Made by a program: the position numbers and the translations under genes. The notes under the pieces were generated by a model, which had not been told where the DNA came from, made no database searches, and saw only the letters and a program-made list of their open reading frames with translations. A DNA stretch of 64,000 nucleotides from Paragordius varius (taxonomy: Eukaryota; Animalia; Nematomorpha): contig OZ176054.1 of the NCBI GenBank assembly GCA_964247055.1, positions 7,130,001-7,194,000 of the forward strand, read 5' to 3'. This document shows positions 46,264-59,658 of the stretch, piece by piece; position 1 is the first letter of the stretch, and the number at the start of each line of letters is the position of its first letter.

Positions 46264-46336
46264 CCTCCATTTGACTCATATAATGTGTAAGTTTCCGGCA
46301 TCACCACTCGGAGGTGGAGGTAAGATTTTGATGTCC
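46264..46336 (-). ncRNA. Candidate HDV-like self-cleaving ribozyme at the RTE 5' end (probably slightly decayed)
   Basis: Minus strand: GGACATC (P1) aaaatctta CCTCC (P2) ACC (P3) TCCGAGT (L3) GGT (P3) GATGCC (P1, one base short) GG (P1.1) aa ACTTA cacattata TGAGT (P4) CAAAT (J4/2, catalytic C) GGAGG (P2). Folded by eye. Confidence 0.62.
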
Positions 46337-47031
46337 ATATAATGTAATATAATATTACAATGGCTCACATCAATTATAATATAGGTGTTGTATTTCCTAG
46401 GCTAGTCTCATCAATTTATAAATATACAAGTTTTCAATACCGCTTTATACATTAGTCAATGCCATGTGAATTAATAAAACCGTTTGTTAGTATCTATATA
46501 AGAAATGAAAAATTAAAATATAAAGATACAAAGCGGAGAATTTATACAATTACATTCTAAAAAGGTGGATTGTGCATGCATCGAATATTTGTAGATACTT
46601 TTTCATCAATCGATATTTATAATTAATGCATTTTAAAATTTGCATTCTCAAAGCTTGCAATTGCTGAAATTTTTTCCTCAGTTAACACTAACACACTTAT
46701 ATGTGCAAAACAAATTACACGATTTCTCTATAAATATATCTAAATTATTTTATTCTCAAATTTTAAATTGCTGTATTATACACTAATATTGGATCATTCT
46801 CAATCTAATTCCAAGTACAAATAAATTAATCGGTATTAACTGTAAAAATAGGTGAAAATTGAAGTTTTTAAGTAATTAACCATGTTTATCGTATCTCTTA
46901 ACTGCTTATCAAACCAATATCAATTATTGTGTGTTTCTTATATATTGTTGTGAAAATATTAAAAGATAGAGTTTGTTTTTAGAATCATATGATTTATAAA
47001 CAACAGGGATAGACCAATAATAAGTTAGGTT

Positions 47032-50000
47032 ATGCTGAAAAGGCATGTCAGGTTTTTTGGAAAAAGATTTAGCTCATTATCATTACCGAATTCTGGTAAA
47101 TTTTGTTTATCATATTAAGATTTTGGTAATTTAACCGACAAAAAGCTGACAGGTTTAAATTTTTAATTAAGTAGATGAAACTATTGAGTGGAATGAGACG
47201 GAGGATATAATTTCCGTAAAAAAGAGGTTTAAAAATAATAGTCCGTTTTGGTATTTGTCTCAAGTTAGAAAATTGGTAGATGCCAAAAACGTATTTGTTA
47301 AAATTTGATTTTAGGTTCCAGGAGCTCTTCATCTTTTTGAGCATACGATGGTAGAAGAAGATGGCCTACCACCCATAAATTTAATAAAATATGAATTGAC
47401 TCAAATTTTACAAATGTTAATAAACGGATGTGCACATGCCGGTTACATTCAAAAAGCTTTTAATCTTTTTGAAATGGTAAATCATTTTTCTATCTCTCTT
47501 TAATATAATATATTGGATAATAATACATGAAAATATTTTAATTATTATACTTACATATCAATAATTATTTATATTATTTTATTTTAATAAGTCTATTTTT
47601 GAAACAATAAATTTAACTGCGATGTTAACACTAATCTACGCTTTTTTATTTTTTTGTATCACAAAGTTAGAAATAAACAGTATAAAAAGATGTAAGTTTA
47701 TAAATTTCTATTAATGTGCCTTAAATATCTAAAAAATGCATTCAAAATTAGTTCCATTCTATTTTTGGTTAAATGTCCTTGGATTTCGGTGTCATTTTTT
47801 ATTGGCTCAATTTTCATAAAATAATCCATGAATTTTTAAAGAAAACTTTGTGTGTTGTTTTCTCTAAAATATAATGAATGTACTTGTATATAATAAAAAG
47901 GAAACATAATCAAAATATTAGACTAATATTAAAAACGTAACAAAAATATATACATATTTTTAACTGCAATGGTTTTAAAAACGGATTGGAAAATCCTTTT
48001 AAAACGCATATGCTAATGTTTACGGCTTCAATTCCTTTATAATTAATTTTTTTCCGTTTCGTTTTTTGTTCACAGAATGCATTTTCGATTGCTTATTTTA
48101 CATTATAATTGTGCTATTCGCAACAAATTAGTGTATAAACTAAAACAAAATATTGAATAAAATATTCTACGAGAACAAATATTTTTATTTACATAATATA
48201 TTTGCCTAGATGAAAAAATACAAGCTTGATATCGATGATTCAATTTATACAAGTCTTTTAACAGCATGCTCGGAATTTAATAAAGAAAACCAATCTTTGG
48301 CTCTGGAAAAACTTAAAGAGCTTCGACATTATATGCAAGAAAAGGTTTTTCAAATTCTTTAAATTTTAAGTTTAAATATTTTTGGTAACTTTGCCCAAAA
48401 CATAGCAAAAGGCACACTACACTATCATTTTATCATATAAACATAGTAGTTGTTTGAAATCCATTCATAAGTAAAAATATTAAACACCCTATTGTTTTTT
48501 AATTGTTAAATAGATATTTATCTATCTAAACTATAAGTAAGATATTTGAAATCGATATATACCATTTACATTTCAAATTCATTCCTGGACAACAAAATTC
48601 ACCCTCGAACAATTTTTCTCCTTTGAACATTCAAAATTCACCCTCAAACAATTCAACCCTTGTCACAGTGAACTTTCGGGCTAATATAATTCATTAATAT
48701 AAAATATATATTTATGGCCTAGTTTGTAAATAATTTTTCAGTATTATTTTAATTTTAAACAAAATTTCATTTTTTAAAAAATATAGGTAATTAAACTTAA
48801 AAAACACCAAATATATTTTAATGTGAAATTTGAATTGGTTAAGAATGTTGAACAAGGGTGAATAAGTGTAAATGGTAAAAATTATAAGCTTAAACATTTA
48901 TTTTTAGTTCTAACTTCGCCCAAAACAGTTAATTTATAATCAATAGACACACTACTTGTATTTTTTTTCCTATTAATGAGGTAGTTTGAAATCCAATTAT
49001 AAGAAAAAATATTTACACCTTATTATTTTTTAGTTGTTAAAGGGATATTTATTTATCTTTATTATAAGAAAGATATTAATTTGATATATAAGAAAAAATG
49101 ATTTGATACCATATTATTTTTTATATGATAGCTAAATAATTTAAAACTTTTGATTTAAACCTTTAAACCGGTTAAAATCTAATAATATAAAATATATATT
49201 GCTGCTGATACCAAACAAAATAAACGTTGGCGATTCAATTCAATTGTAAAAATTCACAAATTATTTACTGATTTTTAGTTTCATATCATTTTTTAAATTA
49301 ATTTTCACCTGATATAGTTTTGAACTTGTTTTTTTTCTGAGCCATTAAACGTAACATATTTTGAACGATTATATAGAAAATATAATGTATCGATTAAAAT
49401 ATGGTCTTTTTAGGCTTTTTTATTATTCATATTTTCATTGTACTAATTTTTATATTTTTCGTTTGCATAATGTATTTATTATGTTTTATAGAATATACCA
49501 TATAACCGTTATCATTACAATGCCCTGATAAAATGTTATGCACGATTGGGTGGTCAACACAATATTGCTCATGCCTTGACTCTTATGGACGAAATGAAAA
49601 ATGTTACGAAAAATAACAAATCTACAATGATTTCCAACATAAACAACAGTAAAATTGAAATTTTATGCAAACAATACTTAAAAACTAATGGAGACAAATT
49701 CTTTTCAAAAAAAGACAACCATACTTTGATAACCCTTATTTTCTAATGTAACCTGCCTGAGTTGCAAAATAATAAATTATTTACATTTGGTAAAAGACTT
49801 AATTATACATAAATGCTATATAGAATAATTCAGGGTTTGAAACTATCTATCAATATTTATCCTTGACTTATGTTTTATCTCCCAACTTTATTTAGCCGTG
49901 AAAAATTCAAAAGCATTGGAAGAAAATAATGTCAATAATAAAAAATATGTTCCTGAAATATCATGCAAAATTGGGAAAGATACATTTGCACAATTACTTA

Positions 50001-53000
50001 GTGCTGGAGTGACTGAGAAATCCTATGGTTTTACACTTGCTTTAAAGGTTGGATAACTCATTTATTCATCCTTGATGTGTTTTGTATAATATATAAAATA
50101 ATTGCATTTTAACATTTTTTGCAAAACACCCATTTTAGTTTAACAAATTCGGGTTTATATGGTATTAAAAATGTTTCTATAGTCTTTGTCATTTACATAT
50201 GTGCTATTATGCTAGAAAATGCATGTTTACGATATATCTATATATTACAAATTTTTAAAGTTAAAATGCCAATTTTATTTTCAGATTTGGGCTCTCATGA
50301 AACAGTGTGACATAAAGCCCACTATTATACATTACAATACATTATTAAGGAGTTGTCGGGATAGTAATTTAATCATCCCCAATGATGAAAAGACCGATAA
50401 TACACAGCAATTAAATTGTACTAATAATAATATTAACGATTCAATAAAATTTGTTCGGAATCAAAATCAAACGAATCCTCTTAGTAATAATTGCCCTGAT
50501 AATCAACCCGCAGAATTAGCCCTAAAAAATAATTCATATCATAATACATTTTATGAGATTGATAAACATTTACGATACCTCTACCACCAAGATATAAATC
50601 GATTAGAAAATTTGGTTAATAAAATTCCCCCTAAATCTCTAAGGACGATATGTCCGACAAATAATGAACAAACTAAAATACCGATTGATATGATGACTAA
50701 TTTGGAAGAAAATATTGATAAAAATAACGAAGACGCGTTAGTCAAAAATGAACCTGTTGATATAAAAAATTTGACTTTAACTTCGTTAGAACAACCATCT
50801 TTGATGAATGGTTCAGCAAAGTCATTAGATTTACTCGAAAACACTGATATGAACATTGGTATGAGTGGATTAATATATCTATAATATTTTTGTTATATAT
50901 TAAAATATGGATTAAGTCTGACCCGTCAAAAATGCATCTTTGTGAAGTGACCGGTTTTTAAAAAATAACTCATCAAAGAATGGTTATATTTTATATAAAT
51001 GATAAAATGGGCTGAAATTTATAATATTCTCTAATAATTTTTATAATTTTTTCCATATATTCACCATTCTTATATAATTTGTTTGATTTGTTAATTTTAT
51101 TTTAGTAAATTTAATTACAACATATAGAATTGGGGATTAATTCACTATTTATGATAATAAATGCATCGTAAGTGCACACACCAACGCATAACATTAAGTC
51201 TAGTAATAAGCATGGGATTTTTTAGTAAATGTTGTTAACGTGAAAAATAGCTTACACTAGACAACAAATTTTTCTGCCATTCGAGTTTTTTGCATTTTTT
51301 GATAGTTAGTATCATTATAACAGTAAATCTGAAATAAAAATTATAACTCGTTGGAAGAATTTTGTATAAATTGATTTTTTTGATTATGCGCCCTCTTTAT
51401 CAAAATTTTACTAAAAAATATTTTTCTTTGAAAATATACAAGTAATGCCCATTTGTAATATATCATTCGAAAGAGTATTAAAAACTCAATAAAATGACTA
51501 ATATGTATTACATCGACAGTTAATATTGAACACAAAGAGCGACAAACGCGCGAAGCGAGAGCATTTTTTCAATTATTATATTTTTGAAACTAATATATGA
51601 AAATAGCTCAAACTTTGTTTAGATGGAGATGAATGTCCAAAAAAGATAACACAAAAAAGTTTTTTTTGATTAAAACATTTTTTATTGCATTTATGTCACT
51701 CAAAACAGCCATTTTTAAGTTTTTTGTTTTTTAAAAATTACCATCTCATCAATATTAATTTATTTTCTTTACAAGGCTGATAATTTCGAAAATTTAAAGA
51801 TAAAAACAAAGTTTAATGTATTTTTAATCTTTTATAGCCATTATGTAATAAATTTACAGTTATAACTATGCATTTTAGTATCCACTAGGTAAAATATTTA
51901 TGATAATAATAATTTTATTAAAAAAGCAAACCAAAAGCTTTTCCAAACATTTTTTTTTAAATTAAATACTAATATAACCCTAATAATTATATTATAATAA
52001 TTTATATGATTTTCAAATTAGTTTGTCTATGAAAATTCTTGACTTATTTAAGGATTGAAAATTTTGACCATTTAATTCCAAATAACTTTCACATCCGATT
52101 GATTTAAATGACTTACTATCATTTAAAAGATGCAGTTTTTTGCGCTCTTTCGAATGATATAAAATACATGGCTTCATATCTAAAACTTTAAATTTTCGAA
52201 ATTTCGAGTTTAATGTTAAATCGGGGCCAAAAATTATCGATAAACTCTAATATAAAAAAATTCTTCCATGTAAGACCAATTTTCTTTTCGGATATACTAA
52301 TTATGTACTTTAATGAAATAAATTTTAAATTTACAAGAATGGCAGTTAAAAAAGTTAAAATTTGTTGTCTACTGTTATAGATCAGAAACTCCCAAAAAAT
52401 AATATAAAATTAGATGGTAACATCATCTATTTTCATATCTATTTTACATGATTTCATTTTCTTTCCAACATACCATTAAAATATAAAGGATACCCATTTA
52501 TGATCCTAATATAATACGTAATAGCCATATTATTTCAAAAATATTAAAACGCTTGTAGGTAAATATTTTGTTTTTTCTTGTTTAAATATTTTTTATTAGC
52601 ATATATAAAGTCCTATATAACCAGGCCTTTTTACTGTTTATTTTCATATGTATATATAATATATTTTTAGAAGAAATAATTCAAACTAATTACAGTCCAA
52701 CATTTCATGAGTGGTATGGTGCAATACAAAACTCACAACACATTTCAGCCATAGATACCAACGTGCTAAAATCTAAGATTGATATCCTAAAATGGGCTAA
52801 ACTTAGCCTTCTAGGTGGACTTTCAGGCCTAATTGAACAAATTCAGAAAGATAAGGTGTGAATGCATTTATTTGCATATTTTTTAGTTAAAACAGTCATA
52901 AATAATTTAATTTTTTACACTTATTTATCATACAGTAAATTTAAAAAAATAACTTTTGCATTACCCTCCTAATTTTAATCTTGTTGATATAGTATTAAGG

Positions 53001-56000
53001 TATTTTTTCACTTCAAAAATTGATAATGTTTATTTTTTTGGTCAATTTGTTATATTTTATTTATAGACTTCCTTAATCTGTAATATATATAACCTTTTAA
53101 TTTTATGCTGTGATATCATTTTGCTAACAATATTAAAATACTTGTTTAAATAATAAATATTTTATCGATTTGATTTTATATATTATTTAAAAACGATGAT
53201 GAGTTTTTGTCTTTTTATGTTTCTGCACTTTTAAAATCTTTTCTAGTCATTTACTAATGAATGAAGAAAAAAATATTTTATTTTTCCAGATTACGCCAGA
53301 TACAAAACAATTAACATTATTGGCCGAAATTGTGCCATTACATCCAATGTACATTACAGCACTGTTAAATGGTTTACAATTCGAGGAAAATATAGAAACC
53401 ACACCAACTGTACAGATTGTCAAAGCTAGTCCCTCAATTAAATCCAAAAAATCAAAAGAAAAAATGGTAACAAATAGACCACTGGAAAATTTATCGGGAC
53501 TCGAATCAAGAAAGTATGCATAAAGTTTATTATGACAAAATAAATAAATGATTTGATGACAAAATTTCAATAATCCAAGTTTTGTTTATTCACTTATAAT
53601 TTAAATTATCTTAAAACAAAAAATCCGGAATTTTCAATTCATGATAGTATCTTTTTAGATGGATAAAAAAATCAAAAAGATAGATTAATTTAATGAAAAA
53701 CCTATTAATAAATTAAAAAATAATGTTTTTACATGAAACCCAAATTTTCAAATAATTGTTGTGCGACCCTTTTATATAAAGACAACAAGTTTAATGTGTT
53801 ATAGTGGTTTAGATATTGTATTTATAGACTATTTTTTGGGCATGAAATGGTAGGCGCCCTATTTAACTGTTTTATTTGAGCCCCGCCCGATAAGGCGTTT
53901 CACTTTTTGTCCTACTTTACATTTTTGGGTAATTTTATATCCCACAGCTCAATATTTGGTTATTTTAGTTAAATATTGTTCTCATGTATTAGATAAAAAA
54001 ACTTATAATTTTTAAAGTTTTGTGACTTCTAGAGAATAAAATTGGGACAGCTCCAAAATACGATTGTAACGAACAGCTGATATAAAATTAAAATATATAA
54101 AATTTATACTGGTAAAATGTATCCTGAAAGCTTTGTAGTAAAGTTAATTAATTAAGTTACCTAATTAGATTATACAATTTGTTGTATTAGCAATTAAATA
54201 AATTTATAGGAAGGCGAAGTTAGATGACGATTTTTTTTATAATTTGACATTTTTTAAAAAAATATTAGGATAATGATCCTAAAAGACTTAAGAAATAAAA
54301 TTTCAAATGCTTTTGGCATATAAAACTATCCCAAAAGGTAATGGAGTGTTAATAAAGTTTTGATAGATACAGTAAACAATTATACCATTTACAGTTTAAA
54401 TTCACCCTAAAATAAATTATGTTTTTTAAGATTAAAAATTACTTATACTTTTTTATATTTTAAAAAAGAAAATTACGTTTAAAATTAATATAATGCTGAA
54501 AAATAATAATCCATGCCATAAGAATATATTTCTTATTAATGACGAGTTATATTAGCCCGAAAAGACTTAATTTTTTAGGGTGAATTTAAGTTTTTCAAGG
54601 TGAATTTATATATATATATTATTTCCCTCGACCTATGAAAGGGTTTAATTCAGTTTTATTAATTTGCAAATTTTTCAATAGAGATTTGAAATTTCTGGGA
54701 CCGCGTTACCGCGATAGTTTGGTTGCACAACAAAACACAAGATCCAGGCAAACATTGGATTCAGACTTTTATTTAGTTCTATTAAAAAGGTATGCTGCCC
54801 ATAACTAATAAAATGTTAATGTTTCGGTTATTGAAAATTTAATTTAGATTATATATTTGTTTTTAATGTGTTATCTTATATAAATTTTGTTCTAAATTTG
54901 TCATATGATACTTACGGTTTATCACTAAAATTAAAGAAAACAAGATTATTAAATATCAACTTGTGTACAACCAGCAATGTCTGTTAAATAACAATTGGAA
55001 TTCAATGATTATATTAATTCGTGTAGTCTCATCATAAGAGCTCATTATACAGTGCATGGGAAATTAGAAAACGGGTTTTAGCTAAAAAACCAAATCTGGA
55101 AAACACATGATATCCCGATTACATAGACTCATAAATCGCATAATTTACCATATTTAATAAAAACCTCAGTTTTTTGTAATTATAAGTTATCAATCATATC
55201 GCGAAAATCAACAAAATATTGAAAAACACATGATATCCGTTTACACTGACTTATAAATCGCAAATAAATAAAAACATGGTTATTTTGTAAACTCTATTTC
55301 ATGCATATTTTATTAATAATTACATTTGTTTAGATATGCAACATTTTACAGTTCAAATTATAAGGGACTGATCCCAACACAACGCGTAGAAATTGAAAAA
55401 TGTCTTCAAAATACAATTGATTTAATGACTCGTTGTGGTCATTCTTTAACTGTTGCTCATTTTGGCGCACTAGCAATCGCTTGTAAAAATGTAACAAAGG
55501 CTAAATCATTGATTCAAGATATGGAGGTTCAAAAATACTTATAAATTTATTTTTATACCAATTCAAATTAATCGTATAACCAAAATTAATAGTTCGGTTT
55601 TCAAATATATTTTGATTTTTTAAATAATTAAAAGCTATTTATATAAACTATTTGCTGTTAAAAATCTTATATATTACACCATGTATCCAACTTTTTAAGA
55701 CATTAAACATACATCCAAATGCAATTATTGTGACTACACTTGCTTCTAATGCGGATAGTGGACGAGATATCCCCTACATGAAATGGTGTATGTCCCTATG
55801 CCTTAAATATGATATCGATAATAAAGATGCTTATTTGAATCGCATTTTTGACCAATTTGTTAAACATGTCGATTCCGCCTTGGTTATAAAGGTATATTTA
55901 ATGGATTTTTATTACAATTTTTTTTTCGACTTAACAATTTTACTGCAAAAAAGAAATTATACGGACAAACCATAAAAACTTTATAAAACAACCATAATTT

Positions 56001-56482
56001 TAAAACCTTGATTTTTTATATGACTTATTATGAGTTCCAAAATAAGTTATAGAGATATAAATTAGTAGCACCTAAATTATAATCATATCGTTTATGTAAA
56101 AAAATCAAGGTAAAATATATATCTTTTAGTTTTTATTTTGTCTGTATAATTTCAATTTTACTGTAATTTTTAATTCTATATGCAGCAACATAATCAAAGA
56201 TTCCCGGAGTCTATTGGAAATACATTTAAAAGCACGCGACACTACCATCCTATAGCACTTAGTTATTATTACAGAAATTTTGTTGATAAAAAAGATTACA
56301 ACAAAACTAGGTATGGTGAAAGTTTACCTGACCAAGATTTGACAAATACTGGTGGACATAAGAATAACAATAAGACAACATACAAAATGAATTATGTGGA
56401 TTATAATGAGAAATGTTACATGGATTTCCGAGAAATGTATCAAAAGAAATGGCAAAAAGTTTTATCTTCAAATGGCGATTGA
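47032..56482 (+). CDS. PTCD1: Pentatricopeptide repeat protein PTCD1-like (mitochondrial), 14 exons
   Basis: Exons 47032-47095, 47120-47152, 47175-47290, 47315-47476, 48210-48344, 49492-49648, 49896-50047, 50285-50858, 52671-52855, 53290-53513, 54682-54789, 55334-55526, 55700-55891, 56186-56482. Basic presequence MLKRHVRFFGKRFSS; motifs NSPFWYL, LINGCAHAGYIQKAFNLF, YNTLLRSCRD, LSLLGGL.GL, FGALAIAC match recalled PTCD1. Confidence 0.87.
47096..47314 (+). other. Three consecutive mini-introns (47096-47119, 24 nt; 47153-47174, 22 nt; 47291-47314, 24 nt)
   Basis: All GT-AG; each leads to an in-frame stop if retained; splicing yields a continuous ORF from the presequence into the first PPR. Confidence 0.85.
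48562..48875. mobile_element. MITE family A copy
   Basis: TA-CCATTTACATTTCAAATTC ... GTGTAAATGG-TA. Confidence 0.75.
51255..52374. mobile_element. Non-autonomous CACTA/EnSpm-like DNA element, copy 2
   Basis: CACTAGACAACAAATTTT ... AAATTTGTTGTCTACTG with TTA on both flanks; highly similar to 6995-8110. Confidence 0.8.
54385..54610. mobile_element. MITE family A copy (right end truncated)
   Basis: TA-CCATTTACAGTTTAAATTCACCC ... GGGTGAATTT. Confidence 0.65.
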
Positions 56483-56649
56483 ATATAATACAATAGTCAA
56501 TAAAATTATTTGCCATCCATTGTTTTTTAACATAATATATAAAAAATTTATGGAATAAATTAATTTGATTGATGAATATGACTTAAACTATTTAAAAATA
56601 TGATAGTTGGAGATCATGTATTGTTATGAAACCTGAATTTAATAGTGGG

Positions 56650-56925
56650 TTTATTATTATTATTAATAGAATAAGTAAATGACTGATACGTTCTTTAAAA
56701 TCTATTTAATGATACCTACATTGTGATCTGGTGATGTACAAGCAATTCCACATCCTTCGATCCGATCCCACGAAAAAACATTCTTCTTGGGTTGGTCGAT
56801 GGGACTCGCAAAAGTGGCCGGCCTAAAAAGCGCTCTTGATATTATTAAATCAGTTACTAACCTCCTTCTCTCAAATAATTTGAAAGTCACAAGATAGTTA
56901 GAATGAAAAACACTCATTTATAAGA
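56650..56925 (-). mobile_element. CR1/L2-type LINE 3' fragment
   Basis: LFERRRLVTDLI and KNVFS...WNCL resemble the CR1 C-terminus (LE.RRLR.DLI; FFS.RV...WN.LP); ends in a (TAA)n tail at about 56651-56665. Confidence 0.65.
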
Positions 56926-57503
56926 AAGTTAGTTGCTACGCGACTAACAACCACATATACCCAAAAATATTATTAGTTAATAATTGAATAAAATAATTTT
57001 CTATAGATTTATATATTGATAAATTATCAAGAGTCAACTATTGATTGAATATATTTAAATAAATTTCAGCCACAATTACCGATAGGCATCCATTTTTTGT
57101 TACTTTATATAATTTACTAAATTTAAAAAATTTAACTTTGACGGTTCTAAAACGCGGTTTTGTTTCAGTTTTTACCCTATCTATATCAATTTTATATGAT
57201 ATATAAAAGTGTATTATTTTTACAATAAATTTTGCTGTTATTATAGTTGTTTTGTTCATATATCTCAATTAGGCTACATGGATATTAAAAAAATTAAATT
57301 CAAAAAAATTCTTCCAAAGATCAATAAAACCTAACCATTTTTTCACAAACCATTTCCAAAATTTATCATATCTTTCACTATATATATATATATATATAAT
57401 CAATTTATTTTAGCTTCCCATCAATGTATTTGAGTATGTGAATCAAAATAAAATCTAAGCCCAACAACTCTTTATCCCCTCCAAAAAAGGTAAATAAAAT
57501 TTG

Positions 57504-59658
57504 TTAGTTTTTATGCCCGTTCGTAATGCCTTGTTCCGTTTCAGAGAAAATTCCAAAAATTTGATTGAGTTTACGTATAGTGTCTTGTGGATCAGTCACT
57601 GTGTGAGAAATGGTTCTTTCATGCTCAAATATTTCATAATCGTTTCCTCCCTTGTGTAAAGTAAAAAATTAAAATTACTGTCAAACTTTTGTGCACTAAA
57701 TTAACTTTTGTGTCTATTTTTTGGACTAATTTGTTTTAAATTATGCACATAATATAAGTGATTAACTACATTTTATATAATTGGTAGAATAAAGAAAATT
57801 AAATTATAGTTATTTGTATATATTATATATCATTATTTTCAATCAAATAATTTTGGACTTTAGATAAAACCAAATTATGTTTTAAATTTTGTAGTACAAA
57901 AAATATTTTTCTTGCATTTTACCAATTAATATATTCCAAGAATATTTGCAAATAATTTTGTCAGGCCTTATCTTTTTTGCAAATAAGAGACGGATTAAAC
58001 TGTATAAAATTAGGCTTTAAAATAACTATAATATCCAAATAACATTATTAATTTATTTTAACAGAACCGTATATATATCTTTTAAGATATTATTTTTTAA
58101 ACCATTTTTTTATTTGAACAAAATATTTTATATAAAATTTAAGAAGCCCTGACATAAAGTATATATAATCTATCTTTTTACGTTAAAAAAACTATCTTTA
58201 TCAGAAATAAATTTAAGAGCATACATACTCATTTAAAAATCTGAGTTTTGTTAAAAAATTTGTTGTTTCAAAACATGCATATTTTTAAAAGAATAGAAAT
58301 CAAGTAACCTCCATAGTTTTATCACCAAAAAAGTAGATATTTTCATATTCTGGAAAATGTTGAAGGCAAAATGATTTATCCCAACCTTTGGGGAAACAAT
58401 CAATACTAGTTTGGCCACCTAATTATATTTTCATGCAAAAAAAAATAAAAACATTTTTTTCTAATTTTTAAAAATATATTATTAATTTGATTTTTGCATA
58501 GTTTTACCTATGGAGAAAGTTAATCCGAGATCAGGAAAGGTTTTTCTTAAATCTTTGACCATACTCTCCCTTATTTTGTGTTTCTGATTGTTAAATAAAA
58601 AATTTGTTTCAATAAAATATGTACAAAAAGAATCTTTTTAACCTTGATAATGAATAATAAGTGCCAAAAAAAATTGTATAATGACGGCTTGATAAGGTAA
58701 AAACAAAAAATGAAAAAAATATTTTATTTATATGCATCCAAATGAATACAAGGCTGTGAGCATAATTTATATTGAAATATTATTTGTATCAGGTGATATG
58801 GTGTCGAGAGTTTGGCAAAATAAATATTTTTGTATAGCTATTAAGACAAAAATTTCCCTTATTTGATATTTACATATTTATAAATTATTATTCAAATTTA
58901 ATTTTAGTATATTTTTTTGAAAAAACCTTATCGTATTCTGAAAAAGCATCTCTTTCCTCTTGTGTGGAATTTCTACCGGCCGGCGCTATATTTATAAGAC
59001 CTTTACGGTACTCAATAAATGTTCCCCTACAAAAAATATTCAATTTAATGTAAACAATCATATGACGTTTATATATTTGTATAAATTTGCGTAGTTTTTT
59101 TTTATTTATTTAAGAATGAACAAATATGACGTAATAATGTCAGTAAGATATAAATTAAAATTAGTATACCTTTTAAATGGTAGCCATAGATTTGACAAAT
59201 ATTTTAAAACATAATTTATAAATTTTTGGAGATTATCATCGCCAATTAATTGTTGAAGGCTCTGTAAATTATAAAAATAAAATTACTCACATAAGATTTA
59301 ACATGTTTGCCTTGCTTGTACATAACAACTCCGTTTTCTGGAAGTATGTAATCAAAAAACTCAACTAAATAAATAAAAAATTAATAAATTATAAAAAACA
59401 ATTGTATAAAGCAATCAATAATGTCAGTAAAAACTTAATTCTTTTCCAATTTGTTCGTTAATTTTTGGAAGGTCCGAGCCACTTACAATTCCGATTTCGC
59501 GTTGGGCCTTCAACTTTTTTAAAACCTCTTTCATATCATCTTGAATTAACTAAAATATATGAAGATTAAAATACTTGACGCGGAATAGTTAAGGTACCAT
59601 CCAAATCAAAGAGTATTAGATCTTTTGGTAATTTGGTATTATCGCCGTTTTGATGCAT
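57504..59658 (-). CDS. PMM2: Eukaryotic phosphomannomutase (HAD family), 8 exons
   Basis: Exons 59575-59658, 59435-59549, 59291-59364, 59170-59261, 58927-59026, 58508-58583, 58309-58418, 57504-57650. Motifs [57 protein letters not shown] are intact. PMM1 versus PMM2 cannot be resolved. Confidence 0.95.
59262..59574 (-). other. PMM mini-introns: intron 1 (59550-59574, 25 nt) and intron 3 (59262-59290, 29 nt)
   Basis: GTATTTTAATCTTCATATATTTTAG and GTGAGTAATTTTATTTTTATAATTTACAG; both are required to keep the conserved frame. Confidence 0.9.

Larger units (their letters stand above)
42045..46336 (-). mobile_element. Full-length decayed RTE-clade LINE (APE + RT), interrupted by a 1-kb DNA element
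   Basis: Endonuclease motifs KIGSWNVGTM, GGDLNVYVG, IANTLF; RT motifs GLHQGSDLSPLLFI, LYAD, HLGHYI...IRQGWAKF, LPALTYATETW; many stops and frameshifts; about 3.3 kb after removing the insert; 3' boundary approximate. Confidence 0.9.

Noticed and set aside
56180-56482. Stand-alone 100-aa ORF (MQQHNQRF...)
   Set aside because: Better explained as the last PTCD1 exon: a TGCAG acceptor at 56185 is in phase with the donor at 55892.
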